DNA from: Candidatus Cloacimonadales bacterium
Lineage (GTDB): Bacteria; Cloacimonadota; Cloacimonadia; Cloacimonadales; JAFGVF01
Assembly: GCA_963678315.1 (NCBI GenBank)
Contig: OY782781.1
Coordinates: forward strand, 2,304,001 to 2,368,000
Length of the DNA: 64,000 bases
Direction: 5' to 3'
The notes under the pieces are model-generated. The model ran no database searches. It was not told the DNA's origin and saw only the letters and a list, made by a program, of their open reading frames with translations. Positions 9,811-19,806 of the stretch are shown here, piece by piece. The stretch's first letter is position 1. Each line of letters begins with the position of its first letter. Both the position numbers and the translations under genes were made by a program.

Positions 9811-9953
9811 TATTATAGATATGATAATATAATTTTTTAAGCCTACCTTATTCATATAACTTCTAGAGCTTAGTGCAGATTCATTAGCATATAAGAAGAA
9901 TAGGAGTTTATTTGAGTGCTTAGTTGCTGGGCAAGTTATAATTGAGGTAAAGA

Positions 9954-10664
9954 ATGAGCTTTGTAATTTTAGATACAGAAACAACAGGTTTTGAGAAGAA
10001 CGATAGAATAATTCAATTAGCATTTATTGTGTTCGACGGAATGAATATTGAGCCATTTGAGGCCTTTTGTTCTACAGACACTCCGATTAATTTTTCAGCA
10101 ATGGCTGTTCATCATATTACTCCCGAAATGATAGAAGGAAAACCGAGATTGATAGATACTGAAGAATACCAATTTTTACAAGAACTGAATAGTTCAGATA
10201 ATTATCTTGTAATCCACAATGCTCCTTTTGATCTGGGAATGCTTGCAAAAGAAGGTTTTACTAATAATATGAAATTAATAGATACCTTGAAAGTGACACG
10301 TCATTTAGCACCTTCGCTAGAATCTCATGCTATGCAATATTTAAGATACCATAGAGGATTATATAAAGAAGAGAAAAGTGTTGAAGAAGCATTAGGTATT
10401 TCTATTAAAGCACATGATGCAATGGGAGATATTGTTGTTTTATACCTCCTATTAAAGCGTCTGTTAGAAAGTAAATCCCCTGATGAGTTAGTCGATATTA
10501 CTAGCAAACCTAACTTAAATAATAAAATTAGATTCGGTAAGTATAAAGGCAAGAAAATTTCTGAAATTGCTAAAACAGATAGAGCGTATCTTGAGTGGAT
10601 TATTAACAATTTGCAGGATTTAGATGCAGAAACAAAATATGCTATAGATTACTTCTTACAGTAA
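9954..10664 (+). CDS. DEDDh 3'-5' exonuclease (exodeoxyribonuclease X-like) with C-terminal FGKYKG domain
   Basis: LDTETTG (Exo I), HNAPFD (Exo II), AHDAMGD (Exo III); C-terminal IRFGKYKGK...YLEW. Confidence 0.88.
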   Translation: MSFVILDTETTGFEKNDRIIQLAFIVFDGMNIEPFEAFCSTDTPINFSAMAVHHITPEMIEGKPRLIDTEEYQFLQELNSSDNYLVIHNAPFDLGMLAKEGFTNNMKLIDTLKVTRHLAPSLESHAMQYLRYHRGLYKEEKSVEEALGISIKAHDAMGDIVVLYLLLKRLLESKSPDELVDITSKPNLNNKIRFGKYKGKKISEIAKTDRAYLEWIINNLQDLDAETKYAIDYFLQ

Positions 10665-10739
10665 TAACTTAAATATTGACATATATACGCACTGCGTGTT
10701 TTTGACTTAGTAAAATAAATTCATAAATTTGGAGTTAAA

Positions 10740-12638
10740 ATGTATTTTTCTTTCGATGAAGCAACTGTTCAAAAGCTTAGTAAAGTTTCAAATGATGCCA
10801 GAGCTAGTATTTTAAAGATGACAACATTAGCTATGTCTGGACATCCAGGTGGTTCAATGTCAACAATTGATAGCTTACTAGCAGTCTATGAAGTTGCTAA
10901 TATTAACCCAGAAAACTATAAAGATGATTCTAGAGATTATATCGTTGTAAGTAACGGGCACGTTTCCCCTGCTGTATATTCAGCTCTTTCATACAAAGGC
11001 TTCTTTAATATTGATGATGCAATTTCTCAATTTAGATTAGCTGGTAGTATTTTTGAAGGACACATAGAAAGAACTGTTCCAGGGGTTGAATGGGGTACTG
11101 GAAATTTAGGTCAAGGACTATCAACAGCTTGTGGTTTTGCCTTAGCTTCAAAACTTAAAGAAATAGATAATCAAGTTTATGTATTTATGGGAGACGGCGA
11201 ACAACAAAAAGGTCAAATCAGTGAAGCAAGAAGATTTGCTGTCAAATTTGGACTTTCTAATATTACAGTTATTGTTGATTATAATCAACTTCAAATTTCA
11301 GGAGATATCAAAGAAGTAATGCCTCAAGATATCAGAGACAATTTTATTGCTGATGGTTGGGAAGTTATCGAGATTGATGGACACGACTTTTATGAAATAG
11401 CTAACGCCTTGAATGATGCAAAAGAAAGTGATTCTCCAGTAATGATTTTAGCTAATACTGTAATGGGTAAAAATGTTTCATTTATGGAGAATATTGCAGG
11501 TTATCACGGCGCACCACTAAATGAAGAACAACTAGCTGAAGCATTAAAAGAACTTAATCTAGAAAATAATCTTGAAGAGTTGAAAGAACTTAGAGCTAAT
11601 TTCGTAAGTTCAAAACATCAAAATGTTAATAACTTCATTTCTAAACTAGAAATCCCTCAAGCTATTACTTATCAAGAGAAAACTGATAATCGTTCTGCAT
11701 GGGGAAATGCTCTGGTTAATATCGAAAAAGTAAATAGCAACTCAGAAACTCCAATAGTAGTATTTGACTGTGATTTAGCTGGTTCTGTAAAAACAGCTGG
11801 ATTTGCTAAACAAGCTCCTGAAAGATTCATTCAATCAGGAATTATGGAACATAACACTTCAGTTGTTGCAGGAGCATTATCTACTTGTAACTTCCAAACA
11901 TTCTGGGCTGACTTTGGTGTGTTCGGAATAGATGAAGTATATAATATGCACCGTTTAACTGATATAAATCAAGGTAACTTAAAAGTTGCAGTAACTCACG
12001 TTGGATTAGATGTGGGTGAAGATGGTAAAACTCATCAATGTATCGATTATATTGGTCTTATGCGTAATGTATATGGCTTTGAAGTAATAGTACCTGCTGA
12101 CCCTAATCAAACTGATAGAGCAGTAAGATATATGGCTTCTCAACCTGGTAATGCTGTAATTGCAATGGGACGTTCAAAAATGTCTCCTATAACAGATGCA
12201 AATGGTAACATCGCTTTTGGCAATGATTATACTTTTGAATATGGTAAAGCTGATAAACTACGAGAAGGTTCTGATGGAGCTATTTTTGCTACTGGTACCT
12301 TAGTTTCAAATGCACTTGCTGTTGCAGATGAATTAAAGGAACAAGGAATAAATCTTCAAGTTTGGAACATCTCTTCCCCACTAGCAATTGATATTGATGC
12401 CTTAAAACAAGCTAGCGAAACTAAAAAACTATTTACAGTAGAAGATCATAATGTTTATTCAGGTCTTGGACTTTCTATTGCTGAAGCTTTAGTTGAAAAT
12501 CAATTAACTAGTAAGTTAGTTAAGTTTGGAGTTGAAAATTATGCTATTTCTGGTAAGTCAGATGATGTATTTAAACATTGTGGACTAGATATTTCTTCTC
12601 TCAAACACAGAATACAAAAGGAATTAAATGAAATCTAA
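10740..12638 (+). CDS. tkt: Transketolase (single chain)
   Basis: SGHPGGSMS, SNGH, GNLGQGLS, GDGEQQKG (TPP binding), GEDGKTHQ, VEDH. Confidence 0.92.
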   Translation: MYFSFDEATVQKLSKVSNDARASILKMTTLAMSGHPGGSMSTIDSLLAVYEVANINPENYKDDSRDYIVVSNGHVSPAVYSALSYKGFFNIDDAISQFRLAGSIFEGHIERTVPGVEWGTGNLGQGLSTACGFALASKLKEIDNQVYVFMGDGEQQKGQISEARRFAVKFGLSNITVIVDYNQLQISGDIKEVMPQDIRDNFIADGWEVIEIDGHDFYEIANALNDAKESDSPVMILANTVMGKNVSFMENIAGYHGAPLNEEQLAEALKELNLENNLEELKELRANFVSSKHQNVNNFISKLEIPQAITYQEKTDNRSAWGNALVNIEKVNSNSETPIVVFDCDLAGSVKTAGFAKQAPERFIQSGIMEHNTSVVAGALSTCNFQTFWADFGVFGIDEVYNMHRLTDINQGNLKVAVTHVGLDVGEDGKTHQCIDYIGLMRNVYGFEVIVPADPNQTDRAVRYMASQPGNAVIAMGRSKMSPITDANGNIAFGNDYTFEYGKADKLREGSDGAIFATGTLVSNALAVADELKEQGINLQVWNISSPLAIDIDALKQASETKKLFTVEDHNVYSGLGLSIAEALVENQLTSKLVKFGVENYAISGKSDDVFKHCGLDISSLKHRIQKELNEI

Positions 12639-13551
12639 ATTCGATATAAGGATACCTGTATTATTCCTTATAATTGCTATTTTTGGATGTGGTTCTAGTA
12701 AAACTCTAAAACCTCAAGTAGAAGATAATTTTCCTGAACTTCCAGAAAATATTTTTCAAGTTGCAACTTGGAATATTGAAGCTTTTCCAAAGCAAGGTAC
12801 TTCTACACTTAATATTCTTCAAAATACTATAGAAGATATGAGTTTTGATATAATTGCAGTTCAAGAGATTAATGACACAGATGAGCTAGAAGTTCTAGAT
12901 AATATGTTGAATGATTACTCCTGTATTGCGAGTTACCCTCATTCACCCAATAGTGAATATTATAATCCTGTAGTTGGTTATATTATTAATGATAATACAG
13001 TAACTGTAAATAGATCTTATAAGATATTTACACAAGATAGTAGACTGTTTCCTAGAACACCGTATCTTATTGATTTAGTTTGGAATGACCAAGAGATAAC
13101 TATAATCAATTTACATTTAAAGGCCTCTGGTGATAATATTATTGATTATAATGACGAATGGGATGAGGAATTACGTAGATTACAAGCACTTGATACATTG
13201 CACGATTACATCGAAAATGAATTAGCTGATCGTAATGTTATTGTTGTTGGCGATATGAATGATGAAATTCAAGATAGTAATGCAACAAATGTCTTTACAA
13301 GTTTTATAAATGATAGTAATTATGTATTTGCTGATGATGCTATGGTTCAAGATATAGATAACTATTCTTATCCGGGTTGGCCATCACATTTAGATCATAT
13401 TATTTTGAGTAATGAATTACATGATGAGTTTAATAATGAAAATTCTGATTGCTATACGATAAAAATTGATAATATTATAAATGGATATGAAAGCCTGGTT
13501 TCTGATCATAGACCAGTATTACTAAACCTATACTTTAATATGGAGAAATAA
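12628..13551 (+). CDS. Exonuclease/endonuclease/phosphatase (EEP, DNase I-like) lipoprotein
   Basis: Lipobox IFGC; TWNIE, AVQEI, LHLKA, VGDMND, LDHI and SDHRPV catalytic motifs. Confidence 0.88.
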   Translation: MKSKFDIRIPVLFLIIAIFGCGSSKTLKPQVEDNFPELPENIFQVATWNIEAFPKQGTSTLNILQNTIEDMSFDIIAVQEINDTDELEVLDNMLNDYSCIASYPHSPNSEYYNPVVGYIINDNTVTVNRSYKIFTQDSRLFPRTPYLIDLVWNDQEITIINLHLKASGDNIIDYNDEWDEELRRLQALDTLHDYIENELADRNVIVVGDMNDEIQDSNATNVFTSFINDSNYVFADDAMVQDIDNYSYPGWPSHLDHIILSNELHDEFNNENSDCYTIKIDNIINGYESLVSDHRPVLLNLYFNMEK

Positions 13552-13910
13552 TGAATAGAAACGTATTAGTAGTAGATGATGACCAATTATTAAGAGAAGT
13601 TGTGGGAGAATACCTAGCAAAAAATGGTTTTAATGTAGAAACTCCTGATACCGCTATCGATGCTTTGCAAGATTTTACTGTCGGTAAATATGACTTAGCA
13701 GTTATCGATTTGGTTATGCCTGATATGGGTGGAATTGAATTGATGGAATCACTAATCTCTAAAGATCCTAACTTAAAGATAGTTATTATGACAGGATATC
13801 CAACTGTAGATAGTGCTTACAAAGCAATGGTAGATGGAGTAGCTGAATACATTATTAAGCCTTTTAGAATGAAAGAATTACTTGAGGTAGTTAATAGCTT
13901 ACTTAACTAA
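13551..13910 (+). CDS. Single-domain response regulator (receiver only)
   Basis: VVDDD, DLVMPDMGG (phospho-Asp), MTG, KPF. Confidence 0.92.
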   Translation: MNRNVLVVDDDQLLREVVGEYLAKNGFNVETPDTAIDALQDFTVGKYDLAVIDLVMPDMGGIELMESLISKDPNLKIVIMTGYPTVDSAYKAMVDGVAEYIIKPFRMKELLEVVNSLLN

Positions 13911-13913
13911 TTA

Positions 13914-14840
13914 ATGAAAATAAGAATTAAATATGTTAAAATATCTGAGATAGGACAATATATTGTTCCAACAAATGTTTTCCTAAATCCAAACTTATTA
14001 AGCTTATTAAATAAGTATTTTAACTATAATATACATTATCTTGTAGCAATTGATGCAGATAGTTCTAACACACTATCTGCTTTTGCTATTTATGAAAAAT
14101 CTATTTTGCGAATAGCTAATATATTCAAACCTCAAATAGTTTATTATCAACCTATAGAATATTATCTACCAGAAAAAAAATGCCCAAACCAGAATGAGTT
14201 AATTAAATTAGACATTCAGAAAAGTTACGCCAAGTACATCTCCAAAAACTATTTGAAAGTACATTTCAATCTAGCACCAGAGAATGATGATGTTCGAGGT
14301 TTCCTTTGGTCTGGTTTAAAGGCTTCCCCTTTCTATACTTACTTATTTGATTTAAAACATTACAGTATTGATAGCTATTTTAAAAAACAACGAACTTCTT
14401 TGCGTAAAGGGATAAGTCAAAATTACTCAATCACAAGCAAACCTATGCTCAAAGATTTCTTTTCTTTATCTGAAAAAACTAAAGAAAGATCTAAGTGGAA
14501 TTTTAATTTTAATGAAGACAAACTTAGTGGATTACTTTATGAATTGATAGAAAAGAAACTTGCAGTGCAATATAATTTCTGTAGCTCAGAAAATAAGCTA
14601 CTTGCAAGTATGATATGTTTGATGGATAAAAATAATAAGATAGTGTATGCATGGCTTAGCACCAGTTCCCCAGATGAAATGTCCAATGGGATTACCCCAT
14701 TCATGTTCCACTCAATAATAGATTATATAAAGAAAGATTATGATTATTTTGACTTATGTGGTGCTAACACTGAAACAATAGCTAGATTTAAAGCTTCCTT
14801 CGGCACAATATTAAAACCATTTTATAGAATTTCAATATAA
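13914..14840 (+). CDS. GNAT/FemAB-like acyl- or aminoacyl-transferase
   Basis: YTY, RTSLRKG, and C-terminal FDLCGANTETIARFKASFG typical of FemAB/GNAT proteins found near polysaccharide loci. Confidence 0.65.
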   Translation: MKIRIKYVKISEIGQYIVPTNVFLNPNLLSLLNKYFNYNIHYLVAIDADSSNTLSAFAIYEKSILRIANIFKPQIVYYQPIEYYLPEKKCPNQNELIKLDIQKSYAKYISKNYLKVHFNLAPENDDVRGFLWSGLKASPFYTYLFDLKHYSIDSYFKKQRTSLRKGISQNYSITSKPMLKDFFSLSEKTKERSKWNFNFNEDKLSGLLYELIEKKLAVQYNFCSSENKLLASMICLMDKNNKIVYAWLSTSSPDEMSNGITPFMFHSIIDYIKKDYDYFDLCGANTETIARFKASFGTILKPFYRISI

Positions 14841-14856
14841 AAAAATTTCCTCAATA

Positions 14857-16452
14857 TTAATTAAGCTTCAATTTCTTTCTCATAAACCCAACTAATTGCT
14901 TCTTCTCCCATGACTCGAAACCAATAAGATAGAAGACAACTAAGAAGATAACAGCTGATATTGAAGAATTTAATAGTATTATCCAAATGTTTGAAGGTGG
15001 TATTAAAAAGTATAATGCTACTGCGATAGTTAAATAAACAGTACCAGCAATATGTGTTTTCAAAATAGATGTTTTGAAGAATTCTTTAAATGATGTTTCA
15101 CAGAATTTTACAGCTATTGGAATATTAAAAACTAGAGCTAATATAACATTCGGAATTAATGTTCCTAATGCTACACCAATTATATTGAAATTAGGATAAT
15201 TATCAAAGTTATAACCAAAATAACCTACAATGTTGTCTAACTTATGGATTAAGTAAACACTTATCACAAAGTTAGCTAAACACTCAATAACTGCAATTTT
15301 TGTAAGCTTCTTTTGTTCATTTGCCATTAATAACATATATACAGATGTTGATCTATAAAATAATAAAACAAACATTGATATTAATAGTATCACAGCCACA
15401 ATAACACCGATAATATCATCTAAATCAAGCCATATATTCAGAAGAGGTTTAACATATACTAACAATGGAATTAAAAATAAAGTAGAAATAACACCCATCA
15501 ATCGAGTAGACTGAATCATTATCTCTGCCATTTTACTTTTATTACCAGCAGCAAATAAAGTAGCAGATACTGGTCCTAAATTATCTAGGAATTGTTTTGA
15601 AAAAGATCTAAAAGTTTCAGCTAATCTTGAAGATATCTGATACACAGCAACCAGAGCAACAGAGCCGAAAATAGATATTACAAGCTGGTCTGTTCTGAAT
15701 ATGATTAAATTAGTAAATGTAATCAAATATGCATACATAGAAAAACTCATTACAGATTTGAGTAATTTCCTATCATAGTATTTCCATCTTATCTGCAAGT
15801 TTGGTAGAAGCTTATGTGAAATTATACCCATTGAGATGGAAGATATAAAATTTGTACCTATAGCTGTCAGAGCCATCCAAATCAAGGGTTTATCCATTTT
15901 GAAGAAATATACAATCAACATCATACCAACAAAATTGAGTACTGAGACAAAAATTTCAACAATATTTCTTAAATGTAAAGCTTGCATACCTCTCAATATC
16001 TCAGTGAAAAAACCAATAGGAAAAACTATCGACGTACCAATTCCGAAGACTAACAAGGCTTTACGATAGTAAGGAAGATTTTCTACATCAAAAGAAAAAA
16101 TATGATCTAAATTAAAAGCCAAAATAACACTTGCAATAATTATTATTACTGAAACAAAACTATAATTAAAGAAAACGGTTGAAACAATTTTATTGAACTT
16201 AAGCCAGTCTTTAGTAACAACAGCTTCTGAAGTATATTTCTGAATAGATGCTCCAAAACCAAAATCTAAAAGAAGAGAATAACCAAAGATAGACCACAAT
16301 AAAGCCCAAAAGCCATAATCAGATTTATCAAGTCCAAGGAATAATATTCTTGTTAAAAATATAGTAATCATCATTCCAATTATTAACTTGCCATAATTGG
16401 ACATGGTATTGATTATCATTCTTTTTCTTAGATTTAAGTTTGCATCATTCAT
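14857..16452 (-). CDS. wzx: Wzx-type polysaccharide flippase (MOP superfamily)
   Basis: Many TM segments; DYGFWAL...LLDFGFG, FRTDQLVIS...VAVYQ. Confidence 0.85.
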   Translation of the reverse strand: MNDANLNLRKRMIINTMSNYGKLIIGMMITIFLTRILFLGLDKSDYGFWALLWSIFGYSLLLDFGFGASIQKYTSEAVVTKDWLKFNKIVSTVFFNYSFVSVIIIIASVILAFNLDHIFSFDVENLPYYRKALLVFGIGTSIVFPIGFFTEILRGMQALHLRNIVEIFVSVLNFVGMMLIVYFFKMDKPLIWMALTAIGTNFISSISMGIISHKLLPNLQIRWKYYDRKLLKSVMSFSMYAYLITFTNLIIFRTDQLVISIFGSVALVAVYQISSRLAETFRSFSKQFLDNLGPVSATLFAAGNKSKMAEIMIQSTRLMGVISTLFLIPLLVYVKPLLNIWLDLDDIIGVIVAVILLISMFVLLFYRSTSVYMLLMANEQKKLTKIAVIECLANFVISVYLIHKLDNIVGYFGYNFDNYPNFNIIGVALGTLIPNVILALVFNIPIAVKFCETSFKEFFKTSILKTHIAGTVYLTIAVALYFLIPPSNIWIILLNSSISAVIFLVVFYLIGFESWEKKQLVGFMRKKLKLN

Positions 16453-17266
16453 CTGTTTTCAAAACCTCATTTCTTTCTTCCATTGTTTTAATATTACGTT
16501 TATCATAATATAACTCAAAAATAACTGACCTACTAGCTTGGTATTCTAAAGGCTGTTCATCTTCATTATATATTAATGATTCACCAAGTGCTTTAGTAAT
16601 TATCCTATCTGACCTAACTCCACGTCTTACAAGATAATTAGCTACTTCTTTAGCTCTATCAAGAGATAGTTTAATATTGTAATCATCACTACCACGAACA
16701 TCTGCTGATCCTACTATATCAATATAAAACTCTCTTTTCTGTTTTAAGAAGCTAGCAAGTAACTTAAGTTTATGTTTTTGATCGGCTCTAATATCAATTT
16801 CATCTAAATCAAAAAATATTGTTGGTGTAGTATAATAATCAATTTTATCAACATAGATTGTATCATGTTCTATCTGGATTATTGGCTCTCTTTTCTTAGG
16901 AGGTTTAATTTTATCATCATCATCATCTTTAAATTCAAAAGCAGGCTTCTCATTCATATATATGGTCATTGTCTCGGGTATTGGAGGACATGATAAAAAT
17001 ATATTTTGAGTAAATTGATTAGGATAAATAGGCACTGCTTTTACGTTAATCATTCTCTTTTCAGAATACATTAAATCTGTTCTAAATGGTGTTTCCCCTA
17101 CTCGTCTTCCATTAATATAAACCATTGCTTCTGTAGGTTCAGAACGAACTAGTATTTCTTGTTTGAATACACCCTTAGGAATATCTATAGACTCTCTGTA
17201 CTTAGTACAGGAAGTTAAAACTATCATAGCAATAAAAAACCACACACTTAACTTAATTACTTTCAA
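16445..17266 (-). CDS. Lipoprotein with PEGA-like domain and OmpA-like peptidoglycan-binding C-terminal domain
   Basis: Start revised to TTG at 17266 after a GAGGT RBS, giving lipobox LTSC. VRSEPTEAMVYINGRRVGETP (PEGA); GSADVRGSDDYNIKLSLDRAKEV (OmpA_C). Confidence 0.85.
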   Translation of the reverse strand: MKVIKLSVWFFIAMIVLTSCTKYRESIDIPKGVFKQEILVRSEPTEAMVYINGRRVGETPFRTDLMYSEKRMINVKAVPIYPNQFTQNIFLSCPPIPETMTIYMNEKPAFEFKDDDDDKIKPPKKREPIIQIEHDTIYVDKIDYYTTPTIFFDLDEIDIRADQKHKLKLLASFLKQKREFYIDIVGSADVRGSDDYNIKLSLDRAKEVANYLVRRGVRSDRIITKALGESLIYNEDEQPLEYQASRSVIFELYYDKRNIKTMEERNEVLKTDE

Positions 17267-17276
17267 AATTACCTCG

Positions 17277-18419
17277 CTAGGATTTACATATTTCCTTAAT
17301 GATATCATGTCTCTTCTTATGTATAACATTAATATCATACTTATCTTTAATTGTGTCAAGACTATTAATTGACATTTTTATTCTAAGCTCTTTATCTTTG
17401 ATAAGAGCTGATAAAGAATCAACCCATTCACTTTGATTATCAGGACTGCATTTAAAGCCATTATATCCATTTATAACAATATCACCAGGTCCGAAACGAT
17501 CTACTGTTACAACAGGAAGTCCCCATGACATAGCCTCGATAGCTACTCTCCCAAATCCCTCTTTGGCTAATGTTGGAAACAAAAAAACATCGTGTTTATC
17601 ATATTCACTATCTAATGGATAAACCATGCCTTTAAAGTGTACTTTATCACTTAAGTTTAGCTTTCTACAACTACTTTTAACTTCATTAACATAGCTTTCA
17701 TCCCCGGAACCATAAACATCTAATGTCCAATTAGTATTGCTTACTTGGCTCAAGGATTCCAAGATAAATTCTAAGCCCTTTAATGGTTCAATTCTACTAG
17801 CATACATTAATCTAACGTTAGCATTATCATTCTTGCTAGAAACTGTCTTATTTATAGCTACACCCCTTGGTATAACATAAACATCTCTAGATAAATGATT
17901 GTTAACAACAATTTCCCTCATCCATTCAGACAATATTACTACTGGATTCAAAACAAGTGTACCTTCTATAAAAGAAGGTATCAACCTCTTTATTATAGAC
18001 TTAATCTTATTAGAGAATCCGCTTCTTTTGTACTTCTCAGGCCAAATATCACCAATATCGAATAAGTGTTTAATACCCATTTTCTTGACTGCTAAGTATG
18101 GAGCTAATGAGATATATTGCTGATTCCAAAAATAAACTATATCTGGTCTAATTTCTTTAAGCAACTCAACCGTTGTATTGTAATTAATTTTTTCTACTCT
18201 GCATTTGTCGAAGTAGGAACCATTGGTATAATCAATGTATTTTAATTGCCTTCTCACATCGTAATTAGGTTCATCTTTGTTACCTTCTTTATAATCCCCT
18301 GCTAGAACAGTAACATCTTCAGAATGATTATAAAGGTAATCAGTCATAGCTTTGCAAGAAAGTTCATACCCACCTTTAAAATAAGGAGGGAAATAATTAC
18401 TAATAACCAATATTTTCAT
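17277..18419 (-). CDS. Glycosyltransferase family 4
   Basis: YFPPYFKGGYE, RIEPLKG, EGFGRVAIEAM (EX7E). Confidence 0.92.
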   Translation of the reverse strand: MKILVISNYFPPYFKGGYELSCKAMTDYLYNHSEDVTVLAGDYKEGNKDEPNYDVRRQLKYIDYTNGSYFDKCRVEKINYNTTVELLKEIRPDIVYFWNQQYISLAPYLAVKKMGIKHLFDIGDIWPEKYKRSGFSNKIKSIIKRLIPSFIEGTLVLNPVVILSEWMREIVVNNHLSRDVYVIPRGVAINKTVSSKNDNANVRLMYASRIEPLKGLEFILESLSQVSNTNWTLDVYGSGDESYVNEVKSSCRKLNLSDKVHFKGMVYPLDSEYDKHDVFLFPTLAKEGFGRVAIEAMSWGLPVVTVDRFGPGDIVINGYNGFKCSPDNQSEWVDSLSALIKDKELRIKMSINSLDTIKDKYDINVIHKKRHDIIKEICKS

Positions 18420-18423
18420 AGAA

Positions 18424-19380
18424 CTAATCCCTAACTTTTGTGTGTAAAGAATGCAAACTAGTAGAAATATTATATTTAAATGATCTATAGCTGTGGCTTA
18501 TGTTTGCTCTTAAGCACTCGTAACTTTTATATTTGGCTTTTAATGAGTTGGGAATTGGAGGTGTTTCGTAACCATGATCTTTACACCATGTTAGAATATT
18601 TTGCAGCAGGTTATAATATTCAAAACTTCTTTTAGTCCAATGAATCCATGGCTTTGGGTTCAATCCAAAATGAGCTATCATTTTATCTTTTTGTACATCG
18701 AATAAGTACTTATCAATTTTAGGAGCTTTGGATGAGAATGCAAATAAGGAATTAAAGACAGATTCATCAGTCATGAAATAGCCTATAGAGTCCTTATTAT
18801 ATACATTAAGTTTATTATCTACAATAACTTTTTCCATTTGTTCTTGCCACATCTTGATAAAATCGAGATTGCTTTTTCTCATCACAAAACAATTTGTTTC
18901 ACAAACTGTGGATATTTGAGACTTGTTAAGGTCATTAACATCCTTTTGCCATATATTGAGAACTTTCTTCGGAATAGTACCAATAGAATCCTTTTTACCA
19001 TAATAATTACGATACACCATAGCATTCTCTTCCATTGACCTAAACCTTATCTGAATAGTATCAGGCTCAACTCTAATTAAATCTGTTACATCACCAGTAG
19101 CCATACAGTCTGAGTCCATCCATGTTATAAGCTCTGTATCTGCAGAATATATAGCATGTGGCTTCATAAGGCAAACACTTTCACCATTACGCTCTTGTTG
19201 ATTAAACACTTTAGTGTTTTCAAATTGCTCTAATAGCTTACACTCTTTTTCTGATAGTTTTATACCTAGGACGTGCTTGTAGCTCTTAACATTGAAGTAA
19301 CATAATGAAGCAACGAGTATGTAAGCTCCCCAAACGTAATTACTATCACATGCTGTAACTATTGTATTTTTAAATTCCAT
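18424..19380 (-). CDS. Probable GT-A fold glycosyltransferase (GT8-like)
   Basis: VTACDSNY...LVASL, WMDSD (DxD), DESVFN, HF...KPW. Confidence 0.65.
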   Translation of the reverse strand: MEFKNTIVTACDSNYVWGAYILVASLCYFNVKSYKHVLGIKLSEKECKLLEQFENTKVFNQQERNGESVCLMKPHAIYSADTELITWMDSDCMATGDVTDLIRVEPDTIQIRFRSMEENAMVYRNYYGKKDSIGTIPKKVLNIWQKDVNDLNKSQISTVCETNCFVMRKSNLDFIKMWQEQMEKVIVDNKLNVYNKDSIGYFMTDESVFNSLFAFSSKAPKIDKYLFDVQKDKMIAHFGLNPKPWIHWTKRSFEYYNLLQNILTWCKDHGYETPPIPNSLKAKYKSYECLRANISHSYRSFKYNISTSLHSLHTKVRD

Positions 19381-19395
19381 AAATATTAATTCCCT

Positions 19396-19806
19396 TTAGT
19401 TTAGCCATGGCATAAAATCAGTCAAATGCTTATCAGGGAAAATGTCTATGCCAATTGTACTTTTTAGAGTATATAAGAATATTAAGAACATTATTAATAA
19501 AAATAGAACCATAACAATATAGGTAAATGTTTTAGCAATAATACTCATAGATCTATCTACATCACCTTTATCTAAGGATTTGAATCCTTCACGAGTATCT
19601 TTACCAAAAATAAAGACTACATACCATTGTTTAAAAAACCAGAATGAAAATCTTATATCTACCATTCCTTTCGATGGAACCGGAGGCAACATTTGCTTTA
19701 ATAATGACTTTAACTGCTGCCTTTGTTCAATATTCAAATTCTCATGAAATTTAGAATTTCCTATTTGCTTTATATCTTTACTTTGTTCATCTGTCGGATT
19801 TCTCAT
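19396..19806 (-). CDS. Small membrane protein of unknown function
   Basis: Probable start MRNPT at 19806, which removes most of the overlap with the upstream gene. VDIRFS...YVVF and a TM helix followed by LYTLKSTIGIDIFP. Confidence 0.6.
   Translation of the reverse strand: MRNPTDEQSKDIKQIGNSKFHENLNIEQRQQLKSLLKQMLPPVPSKGMVDIRFSFWFFKQWYVVFIFGKDTREGFKSLDKGDVDRSMSIIAKTFTYIVMVLFLLIMFLIFLYTLKSTIGIDIFPDKHLTDFMPWLN

Noticed and set aside
9808..10023. 71-aa minus-strand ORF
   Set aside because: It overlaps the start of the exonuclease gene on the opposite strand and has no motif.
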